A stretch of DNA of 64,000 bases from Octopus vulgaris (GCA_951406725.2 OX597816.1:125116001-125180000); one strand, 5' to 3'; counted from the first letter of the stretch, positions 24,290-40,746 are shown. A program made the numbers and translations. The notes: generated from the sequence alone by a model not told the origin.

Positions 24290-25195
24290 TATGGCTGAGT
24301 TTCAACACAGACTGCAACAACAAGTCTATCTGCCGCACTTTTCATAACTGCTTAGAGGTCCTGGTTACATTCCAGGCCAGTGTCTGTAATCAAGTTATCG
24401 ATGTAAGTGTGACGACGAATTCCTCTAAATATACCAATATGAAGCGGGTTTCACAAGGCTAATTTGGATGCTCGCAGCCCAGCCTGGCGCACGCAGTGAT
24501 CGAATAGTCGTAGCCGTCTTTGACTTATGCTCTAGCTAACTTTCAGCAGATCTCCATAAAAGCAATTCATTCGTCGTATGTTCCTGTCATTTCATATTTA
24601 GAGCCATTCGTAGCATCCTTGACTAGCATGCATTTAGCCTATTTGATAATTTCTTTGTCAGTGACCATATTTCACTACCATTCAACAGTTGCAATGATCA
24701 ACTCGATTTTGATTTGCCTGAGCAATTTGGAGTTCCAGATTTTTTTATTTTTTTTTTTGCGACAGACTTTCCATGCTTGTGCCATCCTGATCTCGATGCC
24801 TGCTTCCAAATTGCTCACCCAACCACCAAAATACGTAAAGTCTTCAGTAACATTCAATTTGGAACCGCTCAGAACAAACAGTTCAATATCACTTGATTAT
24901 TTGAAAGACATATATTCCATTTTCTTGACATTTGTGTGCAGTCCTATTTTAGTAGCTGATGTTTCTACTCTACTGAACAGCAGCTGAGTTTGATCTATTA
25001 GATATGAGTTATTAGATATGAGTGTTGTATCACCTGCAAAGCCCAGGTCTGTGACAGTTACTGCTGGCACTCCCCATGATCTTTGCCGGTCTACAATGAA
25101 AGCAAGGTCTTCGTTACTATTGTCTAATCCAATATAATTGCAAACAGATATGGTGCAAGCGTATCTTCTTATAGCATTCCAGCAAGGATTTAAAA
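24290..25195 (-). mobile_element. RTE-clade LINE, decayed 3' part of RT
   Basis: ILAGML*EDTLAPYLFAIILD, DLGFAGDTTLIS, KIGLHTNVKKMEYM, EDFTYFGGWV...IEIRMAQAW...KIWNSKL. Confidence 0.75.
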
Positions 25196-25756
25196 GCATT
25201 CAGTGTCGAGAATAGACTGAAAGAGGGAAAATTATTAGCCCTGATGAAATACCTCCTGAAGTTATCAAGAGGAGCAATCTCGATGAAATAATACTGGATT
25301 TTGCAAAATAAGCTCTTGCAGAACCAAGGAAGTTCGGAGCAGTGGTCCAATACCGATCCCAGAGTCAAGAAACTTCAGCAAGGAAACAAGATACAGAAAA
25401 ATTGCACTGACCAATTTCTCACTCTAAGTCATCAACCGAATGATCTTCAACAGGATTCAATAGGTGCTTGATAGCCATCTAAAGCCAAATCAAAATGGCC
25501 TTCTAGCAGAGGGACCCACAGCAACTCAGATCTTAGCCCTGAGACATATCACAGAAGTTAAATCAAGACCGATATCTGCCATTTTAACCTTCGCGGACTT
25601 CAGCAACGGGTTTCACAGCATCCATTGTTACAAAAAGGCGAAGATCCTTTGAGCATATGGCATTCTAGAAAATCGAGTTCTTGCCATTTCAAAGACCTAC
25701 GAGAAGACCAGCACTCGTGTGTTGTCACTAGATGGAGAAATGAAATTCTTTCAGAT
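25196..25756 (+). mobile_element. Inverted 5' RT segment of the same RTE LINE
   Basis: PDEIPPEV, LKPNQNG...TATQILALRHI, AILTFADFSNGFHSIH, KIL*AYGI, ending DGENE. These motifs immediately precede QGDTLAP in RT. Confidence 0.7.
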
Positions 25757-27158
25757 AGCTATCCTATATATATATTGGAATTTCCACAATTTTGTCAGGA
25801 TTTTCACTCTTTTTTCATGTAATGCAAAACAATCGCGTTAAAGAAAAGAGAAATCTTACTCTCTCTTCCCCACTTCATTGTACTTTTTAAAATGAAGGAA
25901 AAGTCAAACACTGCCAGTGGATGTAAGAAAAGAATTTGAATTTTGGAAAGTGCATCTATAAAGCGACATTTTCAGTCGTTTACGTAAACTTTCTCTACTA
26001 ACTCATCAATTACAATTACATGAAATAGATGTGTTTTGAGATTTAAAATTGCCCATTTTCCAAGATTTTAATTCTTCTGTATGAGAGGGCCTGCCGAATT
26101 TGAAGTTCTCCGGACGACTCATGGTTTGAACCCAGTCCTGCTTTTTGGAGTCGAGTTACTCAAAACTATAGAGCTGGCTTAGGTCGGTTTTTAATTCAAG
26201 CGGTAAAAACACTTCACTGTATACAAGGCATTACTTTCTCCGACATTCTACAAACTCTGATAGTCACTAACACAGAAACCATATAAAATCAATTGACCGA
26301 ATATTATATTTTATTTATAAAATTGTAAGTATGATATTAAATATTTACTTAAAATATTTTAAATCTAAATAAGTAAAAACAGGCATCCATTTGAAGAGCA
26401 TACTAAGATATTCTGAGTTTAAGTGGAAAATTCAAGATATTCTATATATACTAATATTGAAGTAAATATCAGGTATACTAATTCTAAGAAAGACGAAAGA
26501 TGGTGCTTAGAATACTGATGTTTCATGAAAGAATTGCATAATTTTTTTAAAGAAACTACGTACCAGCTATATGTGCTCTTACCTTATTTCAGCAGTGAAT
26601 GATAATAAATTTGCATAAAACAGGTGTATATTGGGAAGTTCTAATGTAAGTTGCAAAAGATTGCATATGGCAATTAAAAAATCGATTCTTACTTTGTCTT
26701 GGCGAACATCTTAATATTTGTCGTCCCCACCTCTCTTTCTCTCTGTCTCTATCTATCTGTCTCTTTCTCTCTCACCGGCCTAGGTAATGTATTCATCGTT
26801 CGTTTGAACGCATACGTGTATAATCAGCACGACAATCCAAATGTTTTGCAATACTGACAATAGAAAGTTTTACTTTTAATATAGATTTCAAATAAACAGT
26901 GCTTACTTTTTTATATCTCGTTTTACTGATCGATATTTTGCAGGTGTCACCAAATGCATTTATTATTTATTACACAAACACATGGCCTAATATTTGTAGT
27001 AAAGTTGCACAATGCAAATATTGATTTACATATAGTGATATGACTGCAACCTGGAATCAAAATTGTGTTGTTGTTACATCTTACCAAACGTAACTACTCA
27101 CAAAAACATGGCATTAATATTTTGTATATTGCAGATTTCAGTCAGGTAATATATAGTA

Positions 27159-27226
<68 letters not shown>

Positions 27227-27291
27227 CATATACATATATATATACATACATACATATATATACATATATATATATACATATATATATACAT

Positions 27292-27354
<63 letters not shown>

Positions 27355-28159
27355 TGTATATATATATTTATATAAAACAACATGCACCAAATACAAAAAT
27401 ATACTAGAACGTTCTATAAATGACGTTAATACATTTTTAAAGTAAAGTTTCACCTTCATGTTGAAATAAACTATTTGAAACATTCCTGAAATTTATAATT
27501 TTTTCCATTTGCATGATAAGCAATATTTGTTGTGAAAGTGTAAACTATTTGTCTGTTTACATATCTATAAATTATTTTATTTATCTTAGATGAATAAAAT
27601 ACGAGACAGACACGCGAGCGATTTATACCCAGAATGTAGAGCCACTCACCTTTATATTAACAATATCTTTAACTGCTTTCATTAGTATTCCCTTTGAAAC
27701 AAGATAATAAAACTTATGCAAAGCATCAGAATTAGGTACCGTGATATGTTTATTCGCCTTTATAATAATGCCTATGCCGCTTTGTCTTCTGAATTAGACA
27801 TTAAAACGGGCGTTACAAATTAAAACAATGAGTTTTGAAAATATTGTGGGCAAATTAACTTAATAATGTACTTAAGCCATGAACATTACCATTTAAGACT
27901 GTTTGAATTATCAATGTAAATAAATACATGTATACTCGTGTGATACACAGAGTGTAACAACTTAATGAAGCAACCCCTCTCCGGTTAGTGACTTTTGCTA
28001 TAATTCGTATGTTTGACATCAACTATTATATAAAATGTGTTGCATATTCGAATCATCTTGAGCATCACAGAGATCGGTAATACTAGACTTTAAATATATA
28101 TGAACTTGAGTGTCAACGTAGTAGTTCTCTAATTTAGCTATCATTATTATATCATTTGG

Positions 28160-28378
28160 TAGGGCGGTGAGCTGACAGAAGCGTTAGCACGCCGGGCGAA
28201 ATGCTTAGTGATATTTCGACCGACTTTACGTTCTGAATTCAAATGTCACCGGCGTTAACTTTGCCTTTCATCCTTTCGGGGTCGATAAAATAAATACCTG
28301 TTGGATATTGGGGTCGATGTGATCGTCTCATTCCCTCCCCCAGAATTGCTACCCTTTAGGAAAAATTTGAAACCATTA
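28160..28378 (+). mobile_element. Nin-domain-type SINE (a degenerate minus-strand copy follows at ~28420-28630)
   Basis: ggcggtgagctgacagaagcgttagcacgccgggcgaaatgc...tttgcctttcatcctttcggggtcgataaaataaatacc. Confidence 0.8.
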
Positions 28379-29516
28379 TGTAATTTGGCATACGAATTTA
28401 TGGTTAATTTCTCTTAACACATAGCATAAAGCCCGAAAGTAAGTGGGGTGAAGATTTAATCCTTTCCAAACCAACAACCCCCAGTACTTGATTGATACAT
28501 TATTTATTGCCATCGAAAGGGAAAATGATCAATTTAGCTTCAGTGAGATTTGATCCTAGAATGTATAAAACCCTGAATAAATACTGCTGAATTTTTGGAG
28601 TGGCTGCTACGATTAAAGGAATCCAGCGCGCTAGATGCATTTATAATAATTAAATCGCGGTTGGTCTTGTGACAAAAAATGTATGGACATCAGAGTATGA
28701 ATATAATCTTGAAGTGGCACTTCGACCTTTTATCGAGTTGTACTGGCACTTTAAACATTATGAGCAATCATCTGTTAATGGAGCCCTTCTATATTCAAGA
28801 TGTAGCTTTCTCATGTGGTCGTTAATTAAACTCATAACATTCACTTTTCCACTATTATGAAGAGTTCAAAATGTCGTAAGCCGAGAAATATTTCTTTTGG
28901 CAGAATTGAATATTCCTCTCCCAATAATAACGGTTTCATTTAGCTAACATAATGGTAAAAATAACTTCTTGTGTAGACACGGAGTCTCAATTATATAAAT
29001 GATGTGAGATCTTGATCAGTTATTCTATATTCTATTCAAGTGGATAGTGACATATGTGAAACATTCTCTACTGGCTACCTCACCATGAACGAAGTATAAC
29101 CTCAGTGCTCATTATTACATAGTAACACCTTTAAATACGCTTCTGAATTAAGCTGAATACGAATTTTATTTAAACCTCACATGAAGGCGATCAGGCACCT
29201 TTTAAATAGAAGGCATTTAAATGTATAAGACAGGAATCAATTTGAATATTTCCCAAGGAATAATGAATAGTATTAGAGAAGAACCAAGAGAAAATTACAC
29301 GTCGTTAGAATATATAGTAACTTTATTCTGAAGTGAATATGCACTGAGACTACATTTCATACTGCTTGATAAAGACAATAAAATAATATTAGTCACGTAC
29401 ATACACGTAAATATATATATATATGAATACTACTTATACATATATATATATGCATACATACCTGTCTCCCTGTCTCTCTGTCTCTCTCTTTCTCCCTCTC
29501 TTCATATATATATATA

Positions 29517-29702
<186 letters not shown>

Positions 29703-30169
29703 AGTAGCATTTATATATATAAAACATCGACAATGAAGGTAAGTAAAATGACTGAAAAAGACAAAGTAATATACAAATAAGGTAACAGATTAGATTTCAA
29801 TGCAAGATTAAATGATTAACCAAGAAGATTAGTCTTTATTGTATCAGCTGTATGAATAACAACAAGCATATTCAATGTAAGGAATAGAATGTACCGGTAC
29901 TAATTAAATAAGCGAAAAATTTAACTGATCACTCAGAGAGGGAAAATGCGAAAAGAAATATGAAGTAACAGAATTTACGATTCGCCTTCTGAATGCAGAA
30001 AGGAGAATGTTGAATTAATTCCAAATAATGTAAACTGAGTAGCAAAGAAACAGTTAAAACATATTGATGACGGAAAAAGAAAATGATAGTTCGTCCCGCA
30101 ATCAGAAAAGAATAATAGTGACTCCAAAATTCCCCAAAATATATATATAAAAACATATATATAATAACA

Positions 30170-30225
<56 letters not shown>

Positions 30226-30341
30226 GTGCATACATACATAGATAGATCGAGAGATAGATAGATAGATACATAGATAGATAGATAGAAAAACAGACAAAAC
30301 AGCAGAGAGACAGACAGACAGCTAGATAGATAGACAGAGAG

Positions 30342-30384
<43 letters not shown>

Positions 30385-30535
30385 TACATATATACATATA
30401 TACATATGAATATATATGTATATACATATTACACATATATAGATACATATATACACACACACACCTCTAGGCGTGTATATATACACATACATATCTCTAT
30501 ATAAATATATACCTCCATACATACACACACACATT

Positions 30536-30582
<47 letters not shown>

Positions 30583-30605
30583 TTATATGTATGAAGATGG
30601 TTGTC

Positions 30606-30672
<67 letters not shown>

Positions 30673-31400
30673 ATACATTCATAAATGTATGCATGTAGTT
30701 ATGAAAGAATTAGTTTTGATAGGCAAAAGTAATATTATACTTGTAGCGAATTAATAGCTTTCAGAATCCTGAACAAATTGATATATGGCTTTTATCCATT
30801 CAAATTCTAAAAACTACACACAAACAATTCTTCTCTGCTGAGCCTCAAATTTCACTAATACATTTGATTCAGTCATCAGGACCAAAGACTACATGATACA
30901 GACTATAAATGCAGAGAAATTCAGTTATAATCAGTAACTGATAAATAGAAGATTGCAAATATGATTAACCGAATTGCCTCTGGAAACACAGGCATTGTGG
31001 GATCTGAGTAAAGTAAATGATGTGAGTGAAAAGTAACTTAATAGATTGCAAAATCTGACAATATTAATAAGTCAAAGCTTAAGACAGATACTGTAGAAAC
31101 ACGTCACCAACACGTCACCAATATCACAAGGTCATGTCATCATGCAGAGAAACAAATAAAATTCCACTGCTTGATATAATTGGCAAAGACCCCTAAAGTT
31201 GATGTCAACATATAGGTCTCTCTCCCCGGACTGGCAAAAATAAATCTTCCTTTAACGAGATCCGTTAAATGAAGTTAGGACTACCTAGAATTAGATTAGA
31301 AATGGAACCATTTCCAATCATAGTGCTATAGCATATATACATATACGCAATATACATACGCTTGTATATTTATGCAAATTGGTTGTACATAGATATATGC

Positions 31401-31453
<53 letters not shown>

Positions 31454-31497
31454 TGTATGTATGTATGTATGTATATATGTATATTGTTGTATTTCGG

Positions 31498-31531
<34 letters not shown>

Positions 31532-31574
31532 ATATGTATATTGTTGTATTTCGGGATGGGATTTTTTTTTTGCC

Positions 31575-31710
31575 ATATAAACACATGCTCTGTATATTTG
31601 TCCTTCACTCGTTTATTTCTGTTCTTATTTTTCTTTTTACTTTAACTCATCTGTGACCTCTTAAGCGATACTTTTCCTTTTGGCGCTTGCTCTTGCTCTA
31701 ATCACTCTAT
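31575..31710 (-). mobile_element. Decayed homologue of the 13920-14070 pLTR; hammerhead core eroded
   Basis: tcactcg(c/t)ttatt(g/t)ctgttcttatt and catctgtgacctc(atc/tta)ag(g/c)ga(c/t)acttt are shared. Confidence 0.6.
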
Positions 31711-32300
31711 TATGTTCTAAGATGTGTATCCTTATGTGCGCATGCGCTTGCGCTCGTGTTTGTGTGTATGTGTGTATGTGTGTGTGTGTGTGTGTCTGTG
31801 TTTGTGTGTGTGAGTGTCATTGTTCTTAACAGCAGTATGACCGTCCCCTCAGTCCTATTCTCCCGCTGCTGTCTTGAGACCCGAAAGTTTGATACAGGTC
31901 CTGTATCTCTCCGTGATGTGTGTTCGCCCAACGTGTTGCCACCGTGATTGTTGTTGTTTTTGCAATTGTTGTTACTGCTGCTGTTGCTGTCATTGTTATT
32001 CGTGTTCGTGATATTGTTGTGGCCGTCCGTGAAATTGCTTGTGTGTGCGTATGGGTTCGCTTCGCATGTTGTTTGTATCCATGCCTTTTATATGGATTTA
32101 TTCATACATTTAATTTATGTATCTCTGTTTCTTATATTTATCACAGGTATGTGATAAATATATTTATTTATTTTATCTATATCCATTTCTTATATGTATC
32201 ACAGATAAGTGCATATATCTCTATTGTGTGTGTATCACCCTATATAGATCTCTGTATTATTTACGATAATTTTTTCCTCTCTCTTTCCTTCCGTGTTTAG

Positions 32301-33345
32301 TTATGTGTGTTTGTTGTGGCTTTGGGCGTCACTGTTCCATTCGTGTTTTCTATTGCGGCTCGATCTGTCTACTGTTATGTGTGTATCCTCTGTGATCTGT
32401 CTAACTGCCGTGTCAGTTCTTTGCGTTGATAGTACTTTAACCTCTATGCTATTAATCGAGCCTTCACATTCTCCTGTGCATGATAGAACACCGACGAGCT
32501 TCTCTCTTCTTTGAGCTCTCGCCAATGCTCACCCTTCCACTCTCCTATGCTGCATGCCGTCTCTTCAAAGTAGGTAGTTGTCATGTTTTTGCACCGTCTC
32601 TCAGTACATCGTAAGCTATATACTACATGTCTAACGTTACAGTTAAACCGTGGATTCATCCTACATACAACACAATTGTACTCCGTACAGATCAGGGATA
32701 TTATAGGGGCATAAGTCCTCTCTACTACATTAATCCGTGGATTTACCTAACTTAATGTTTTTCTAAAAAGCCACGCTAGTTCACCGCCACGAGTAGCATC
32801 GACGAACATGACGCTCTAGTATTTTTGTCGTTACACCACGTCATGGCCTTATTTATCTTATTATTTGTTCTTTCTGTGCAGTTCCCTGATTTACTCATGT
32901 ACTGCGGGAAGATCCCCTTAGCATCACTTTCTATGAGGGCTTTGTACTTAGTCCTGGCTATTTTGTACACGCTAATCCCGTCCCTTTGATCGTAGCCGAA
33001 GGACTGCATGCAGTGGATGAAATGTTGTATGTGTCTTTCCAATTCCATAGGGTCGCACATGCGAGACACATTCCTCATCACTCTCACCAAGTCAGCTATA
33101 AAAATGTTGAATTTGGCGTTGCTGCAATCGCTGCGTTCTTGTGAACAAGGTACTTAGAGGCCATGGCTTTCGTATAATGAGAGTGAAAGATCTGGACCTT
33201 ACCGTTCTTCGTTTCCAGCCAAGAGTTCTGTGTCTAAAACGGGTAACGTATTGTTAGGGTGCTTACTAAGGTAGTCTATCATTATTTCTATACTCTGGTG
33301 GATGGAGTTAGCTATTTGCTGGATGCTCTCATAGTGTTAACTTCG
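32301..33345 (-). mobile_element. Penelope-like (Neptune-type) element: RT C-terminus plus Cys-rich GIY-YIG endonuclease, frameshifted
   Basis: HQSIEIMIDYLSKHPNNTLPVLD, HYTKAMASKYLVH, RVMRNVS...HIQHF...MQSFGY. Then CVVC...C..RHVVYSLRC...C...TYFEETACS...EH, RQITE...NRKHEWN. Confidence 0.8.
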
Positions 33346-33399
33346 AGATCATCAACCCCTACAAAACGCATTCGCACATAAACACTATATCACTATTTT

Positions 33400-34622
33400 T
33401 CAGAAACACACATCCACAACAAACACATACAGGAACACTTATATATACACCAATGCACGCACTCATAAAGGGGCATGTGCAGTTCCACACGCGCACACAC
33501 TCACACACACACACACGCATACACATACACACACAAAAACACAAGATCACCATCGCCTGGAAAAAACACACTCACGCATACACACATATATACACACATA
33601 CAGGCACATACAAATACATATTTACACACGTACGCGTTCACACCGTCCAGATGAACACAAAAATACACACATTGCTAGAAAATATACACATACACACGCA
33701 ATGCAATTTAACAGTCACAATAAACACTCACAGACACAGATATATAAACACGCACACAGGCACATACACGTACACCGCCCTGTCAAACACATGCACATAT
33801 ATACATACACATGCATGCACATACATACATTCATACATACATCCATCCATACATACATACATATATACATACATATATACATACATGCATGCATACATAC
33901 TTACAAACACACATACACTCACACACCGACCTGAAAAAGTACAAATAACACACACACACATGCAAACGTGTGCGCGCACTGCTCAAACAAACACAACACG
34001 TACATCTGCAGACACGCACACATTGCTCTGACAAGCGTAACACACGCGCGCGCACACATACACACACACACATAGACGCACGCACACACACACATGCACA
34101 CACACACATACACACACGCACACCCACGTACACGACCACACCACCCTAACAAGCGCAGCACACACCCGCACTCGCACAAACGTAACACACACATACACAA
34201 GCACACACACGGACACACACAGCGCCTTAACCAATATAACACACATAAATACGTATACACATTTACACACATACACACACCACCCGGACAATTATAACAC
34301 ACACACACACATACACAGACACACACATACCCACGAGCAAGCACACAACGCACATATACACACACAGAAACACACGCGTACACACACAGAGATACACATA
34401 AGTTCTAACAAATGCAACGCATACATACACACGCACATACACGCACACATACACACATATACACACACCCCTGGTAAATAAAACTCAGACATAGACAAGT
34501 ATATACACATGAATGCACACGTACACATACACACAACCCTGACAACAGCAGCACACACGCACACATGCAACCACCCTGACATACGCAAACACACACATGC
34601 ACGCACACACACGCATGCGCAC
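33400..34622. repeat. ~1.2-kb cryptic CA-rich low-complexity tract
   Basis: Degenerate (CA)n/(CACG)n with recurring accct(g/a)aca motifs. The VC/HT-rich ORFs here are artefacts. Confidence 0.85.
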
Positions 34623-34629
34623 TTCTTTT

Positions 34630-35000
34630 GCAGGATTGGAAATTCTCCTATTCGTCTACCAGTTGAATTAGACTCTGTTAGGACTCCCTGAACAAGATAA
34701 ATTCATAGGCCAGATCTTCTAGTGATAGCGAATTTCCTTTGTGCAGCAAACCTTTGTTTCTCGTATTATTTCCGCTACAATTGGCCATTCGCGAAACTCT
34801 GCACCCTTATCGGAGAGCCACTCGGGCCATGAATATAGATGGTAAAATCCCCCCCCCCCCCCTTCTATTTATTGTCCACTCCAAATAGTTTAGAGAAAAA
34901 CCACGCATGTCTGCTTTGAATTGAGTAGCCCACACCCTTCCTGATCCGTGAAAGGTTGAATCGAGTCTTTGTTGCTGCTTTGCGCACCTGCTACTCCTGT
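34630..35000 (-). mobile_element. Possible 5' relic of an APE-type LINE
   Basis: Weak motifs only: EFREWPIVAEIIRETK and GRRIGEFPIL loosely resemble the APE N-terminus. Confidence 0.25.
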
Positions 35001-36587
35001 CTATCCTACGATTTTCGTTCCTTCATGCTTTAGAACACTTGTCGTGGTTTTGACAACGCAAACGTCACACTGTGCGGTGACGAATCTGTCACGGGTCAAT
35101 CTCACCATTGGTTCGTCAGTCACAATACCTTTCGTAAGTGCTCCTTCCTCACACTCTATTCTACAATTTGTAGTCACCAGTTCTTTACTAAACTTATTGA
35201 TACTAAAATAACAGCGCTAAATATCAGGATTATATCAAGGGCGTAAGTACTAGAATATCCTCTGAACAAGTTTTATGTAATATACTAGTGACGATATACT
35301 GTCGAGTTTTAAGGTCAACAAATGTTCTGAATATAATTAGTACAAGGAACTTCTGGCAGAATAAATCTAGTGCAACTGCCATTTAATATAAAGAAGAACG
35401 AATAGAAAAATCTTGAAAATTTAATCAATAGTCTCACTAAATAGTTTTACCACTAGGCTCAATTATTATGTAAACTAGAAATATTTATATTCCTACTTTA
35501 CATCATTAACCTCTTTCTTGTCACCTCTAACCACACTCATTACCACATATTTGTAAACCTCTTTATTATATTCTCATTTTCAGTTCACCGGTCTAATCCA
35601 TATATATTTCCAATTAAGCTATTTTCAATGCATTGCTTGAAACAAATTTACACGTATAAAATTGAGTAATCCAAATGAAGCTGAAAATCACCTTCAGATA
35701 CACTAGTTTAATTCGATTTCACCCATGAGAATGAAAGAATAACTCAAAAAGATGGAAGATAGAGAAAACGAAAAATGCAGAGAAAGAATTTATTAGTACA
35801 GAATGTAAGAGCTAGGAGTATTTTAGTTTGAATTGCAAATTATATATCGTGAAATGAATGTGAGGAAATATAATACATGTTCAATAGACTTCTTGAAAAG
35901 GAAGTATGGATATCTTCTAAAATGGATATGCTTAATAAAAGCAACAGAAGTTCCGTACAGCATTATTGAGCCGTCTATATATTTTAGCGACACAGATTCT
36001 AAAACGTCGATCCGAGTGGGGACTAAAAGTTGCTAATTTATGTTGTTTTTATAAATTCACTTTACACTAATTATTCTTTTTTATTCTGGTATATTCATAA
36101 TATATATTCCTTTAAGTTGTTATTCTTTCACAAGCTTTAGTCACTTGATTGCAGCCATGTTTCGCCACCGTATTGTAGGATAGAATCGACCAAATCAATC
36201 ATAATACTGGTTTTAGTTCTTATTGTACTGGTTTTAATGCTTATTGTACCAGTTTCTTTAGAAAGAGCCGTGAAGTTACAGAAGAACCAATATTGGTGGC
36301 CAGGCTCAAGAGGCAAGCACAAAGAATATACATTAACGCATACTAACACATATGCACTCTGAACAGGCTTTATAGTAATTGCCATGTCCTCGATTTACTC
36401 GCAAATCATTGATCGACCCAGGATATACGACAATTTAATTATCCAGTACGCGTCGCACAGTGGGACTAAACTCGAAACAAGCAATACATATGCCTATGTA
36501 TCCACACACGCACACACAGACACACACGCACACACAGACACACACGCACTCACAGACACACACACTCTCTCCCTTTCTCTCATTCAC

Positions 36588-37807
<1,220 letters not shown>

Positions 37808-38384
37808 GAAATATATGTATATGTGTGAGTGTATTTGCGTGTGTGTACGCGCGCGTCTCTATATATACCTGAGTGTGCTCGTTTTTATATACGCGGCGGG
37901 AGGGCTCTGTGCGTGCATGTATGTTTTATGCATGTTTGTGTGTCAGTACACACAAATAAATGCATCAGCAGACGGATATCTCAGCTTGAATCCATGTGAA
38001 TAATGTTCCAAGCATCGGAAAATATTTCTCTCAAGTACCTATATCAAAGACCTTTACTAAAAACGAATTTAATTTACCAACCAAACGGATTCCTAACAAT
38101 GCATTGGGACGCCTCAATAAAATGTTATGTATAAATTTGAATCTTTCATATGCGGAAATTAATAAACCAACTGTTTAAAAGTCCTTTGATGTAAAACTTA
38201 TTTATATTATATCTTATTTCAGCCTTAGAAATTTACCAAATCACAGAAGTGTACATAACTAAACAGAGGAATGGGAATTTTTCCTTTTTTTTTTCTTTCC
38301 TACAATATATTGTATATATTTTTAAAACACCATTATCAATAGGGAATATATACCACTTTCAGATACCCAGAACCAGCAATTCAT

Positions 38385-38810
38385 ATTATTAGTACAAGGT
38401 CAGCAAGTTCGGAGAAGTGGGTAAGTCGATTAGATCGATCTCAGTGCTCAACTTATTTCATCAATCCTGACAGAATGAAAGGTAAAATCGACCTCGACAG
38501 CATTTGAACTCAGTACGTAAAGACGGATGAAATGCCGTTAAGCATTTTGTCCAGTGTGCTAACTATTCTGCCAGCTCGCTGTCATAATTGCAATAATCTT
38601 TTCTTATTTTGGCACAAGGACAGCAAATTTGAGAAGTGAGGAAGTCGATTACCATCGACCCCTGTGCTCTGCTGGTACTTTTTATCGACCCCAAACAATG
38701 AAATGCGATGTCGACCTCAGCGGAATTTTAACTCAGAACGCAAAAAACAGGCAAAATGCCTAGCGGCATTTTGTTCGGCGTGCTAACAACTCTGCCAGCT
38801 CGCTGCCTTA
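38385..38810 (-). mobile_element. Two tandem diverged Nin-domain-type SINEs
   Basis: caagg.cagcaa.tt...aagtcgatta...gtcgacctc.gc.g.attt.aactcag...tgctaac.a.tctgccagctcgct occurs twice. Confidence 0.75.
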
Positions 38811-38947
38811 ATGGCTATAAATAATAGCAACCAAAGTTTCCTCTTCAACAATGTTACTCCAGCAACAGTCTAAGTAAAGGCATGTAAGTCGAATTTGCTT
38901 TTCAGTACTCTTGATCGAATCAATCGACAACAAGTTATCCCCTACAT

Positions 38948-39180
38948 AAGGCGTCGAGCTGGCAGAAACGTTAGCACGTCGGGCAAAATGCTTAGCGGTA
39001 TTTCGTCTGCTGTTACGTTGTGAGTTCAAATTCCGCCGAGGTCGACTTTACCTTTCATCCTTTCGGGGTCGATAAATTAAGTACCAGTTACGCACTGGGG
39101 TCGATGTAATCGACTTAATACTTATGTCTGTCCTTGTTTGCTCCTTCTATGTTTAGCCCCTTGTGGGTAATAAAGAAATG
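38948..39180 (+). mobile_element. Young Nin-domain-type SINE
   Basis: Reverse complement of the 16065-16296 unit at high similarity, with A/B-box head. It lies head-to-head with the 38385-38810 copies. Confidence 0.85.
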
Positions 39181-39962
39181 GGTATCCCCTACAGATATTG
39201 GCCTTGTTCTCAAATACAACTAAATAGATATCACGAAGAAAGGGAGCTGAATAGTAGAAATTATTATAAAGCTGCAATGATAAAATGTAGTGCTCTATTT
39301 TTGCTAAATCAATATGTAGAATTGTTGAGACTATATAAAACACCTCAGATGGTTGCGTTGAAATATCTGCTGATTGCAAATATATGTATCATGCTGGGAT
39401 TATTTATGAAATTAAGCTAATTGTGTATGCATTTAAGAATATGAATTATGAAATTGAATTTAATATCATTTCAAAACTCCATTATCGTATTAATAAAAAG
39501 ATTATTAAAAATTTGTTGAAGACGTAGTAGGTCAAGTCAATTCTGCAATTGATGTTCTTATAGTAGAAATATCGCTGTGTCGGAAACTGAAATAAAACTA
39601 ATTATAATGAACACTGTAAGGAGGAAGATCCACTGCTAACTTTCACTGTCCTCTGGTGTATCTAAATACATCGCTTGAAGTCTCCAGTTTTCTGCTTCAA
39701 ATTTACTGCTCTTAATTAATGCAATATTAATGCTGCAATAAAATTACTAATTCTACTGTTCAAGATCATGGTTTGAAATTTTATGAAGTATATGTTTAAT
39801 TATTACTAACGGCAGACTGAATTGCTCAGAATGTGAATTTATGATGTAGGCAATAATGAGGAAGAATATAGTTTTGTAGGAACTACTGCGAAGGTTACCA
39901 CGATTAGCAATAACTATAATAAAACTAGAAAACAGCTACTACTACTACTGCTGCTGCTGCTG

Positions 39963-40029
<67 letters not shown>

Positions 40030-40746
40030 CACCACCACCATCATTACTACTACTACTAGTAAAATAAGTTATAATAATTGTGAGGAGGAGGAAGAGACGG
40101 AGGATTTCGTTATGAAGTAATAAGGGTTTACAAAAGGGTCAATGACAGTACAGTACTAGGTTAGGTAACACCGTGTAAGCAGTAAAACAACAAGACAAAG
40201 AAACAGGAACGGTGTCGCGCACTGCAGGCAAAAAGTATCATATCAAGATCCGGCAGGTCGTCATCAATTCATTGATCAGAACAGAAGCCAAAAGTGCAGT
40301 GGTAGGAAAGTGAAATGGGAAAGTGGTAAACATAACTGTGATTGAATGCTGGCTGAAAAATGAGTCAAATGAAAGAAGTTTCATAAAACGAATGAAGAGT
40401 GTATGGGATGAAAAGGACATCTTTGAAGATTCTATTCTACGTTTGAAAGATCAGGCACGAGTAGTTTGCATAAATGATTGGAGTACAGGATTAGAGGGTG
40501 AAGAAATTTAGAGAAGAATAAAAGATTAAAAAATAATTAAGGAGCAAGAGATGAAGAAAAGAAGAAAGAAGGAAATTACTATGTTCCTGAGAATGCTGAT
40601 GAAGTAAATAGTGAAGATGATTCAGCTGGATAAATGACTAATTTTGCCCAAGACTTGAACGATGAAGACAAAGTGTTTCTAGAAATGCCGAGAGGTAAAA
40701 TGTGTGGTTTGAACAAGGAAGTGACACCAAATATAAGGCATATAGA

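Noticed and set aside
25240-25260. CTGATGA motif
   Set aside because: Part of LINE coding sequence (PDEIPPE), with no ribozyme stems.
30835-30885. CUGAUGA...GAAA on the minus strand
   Set aside because: Stems I and III do not close.
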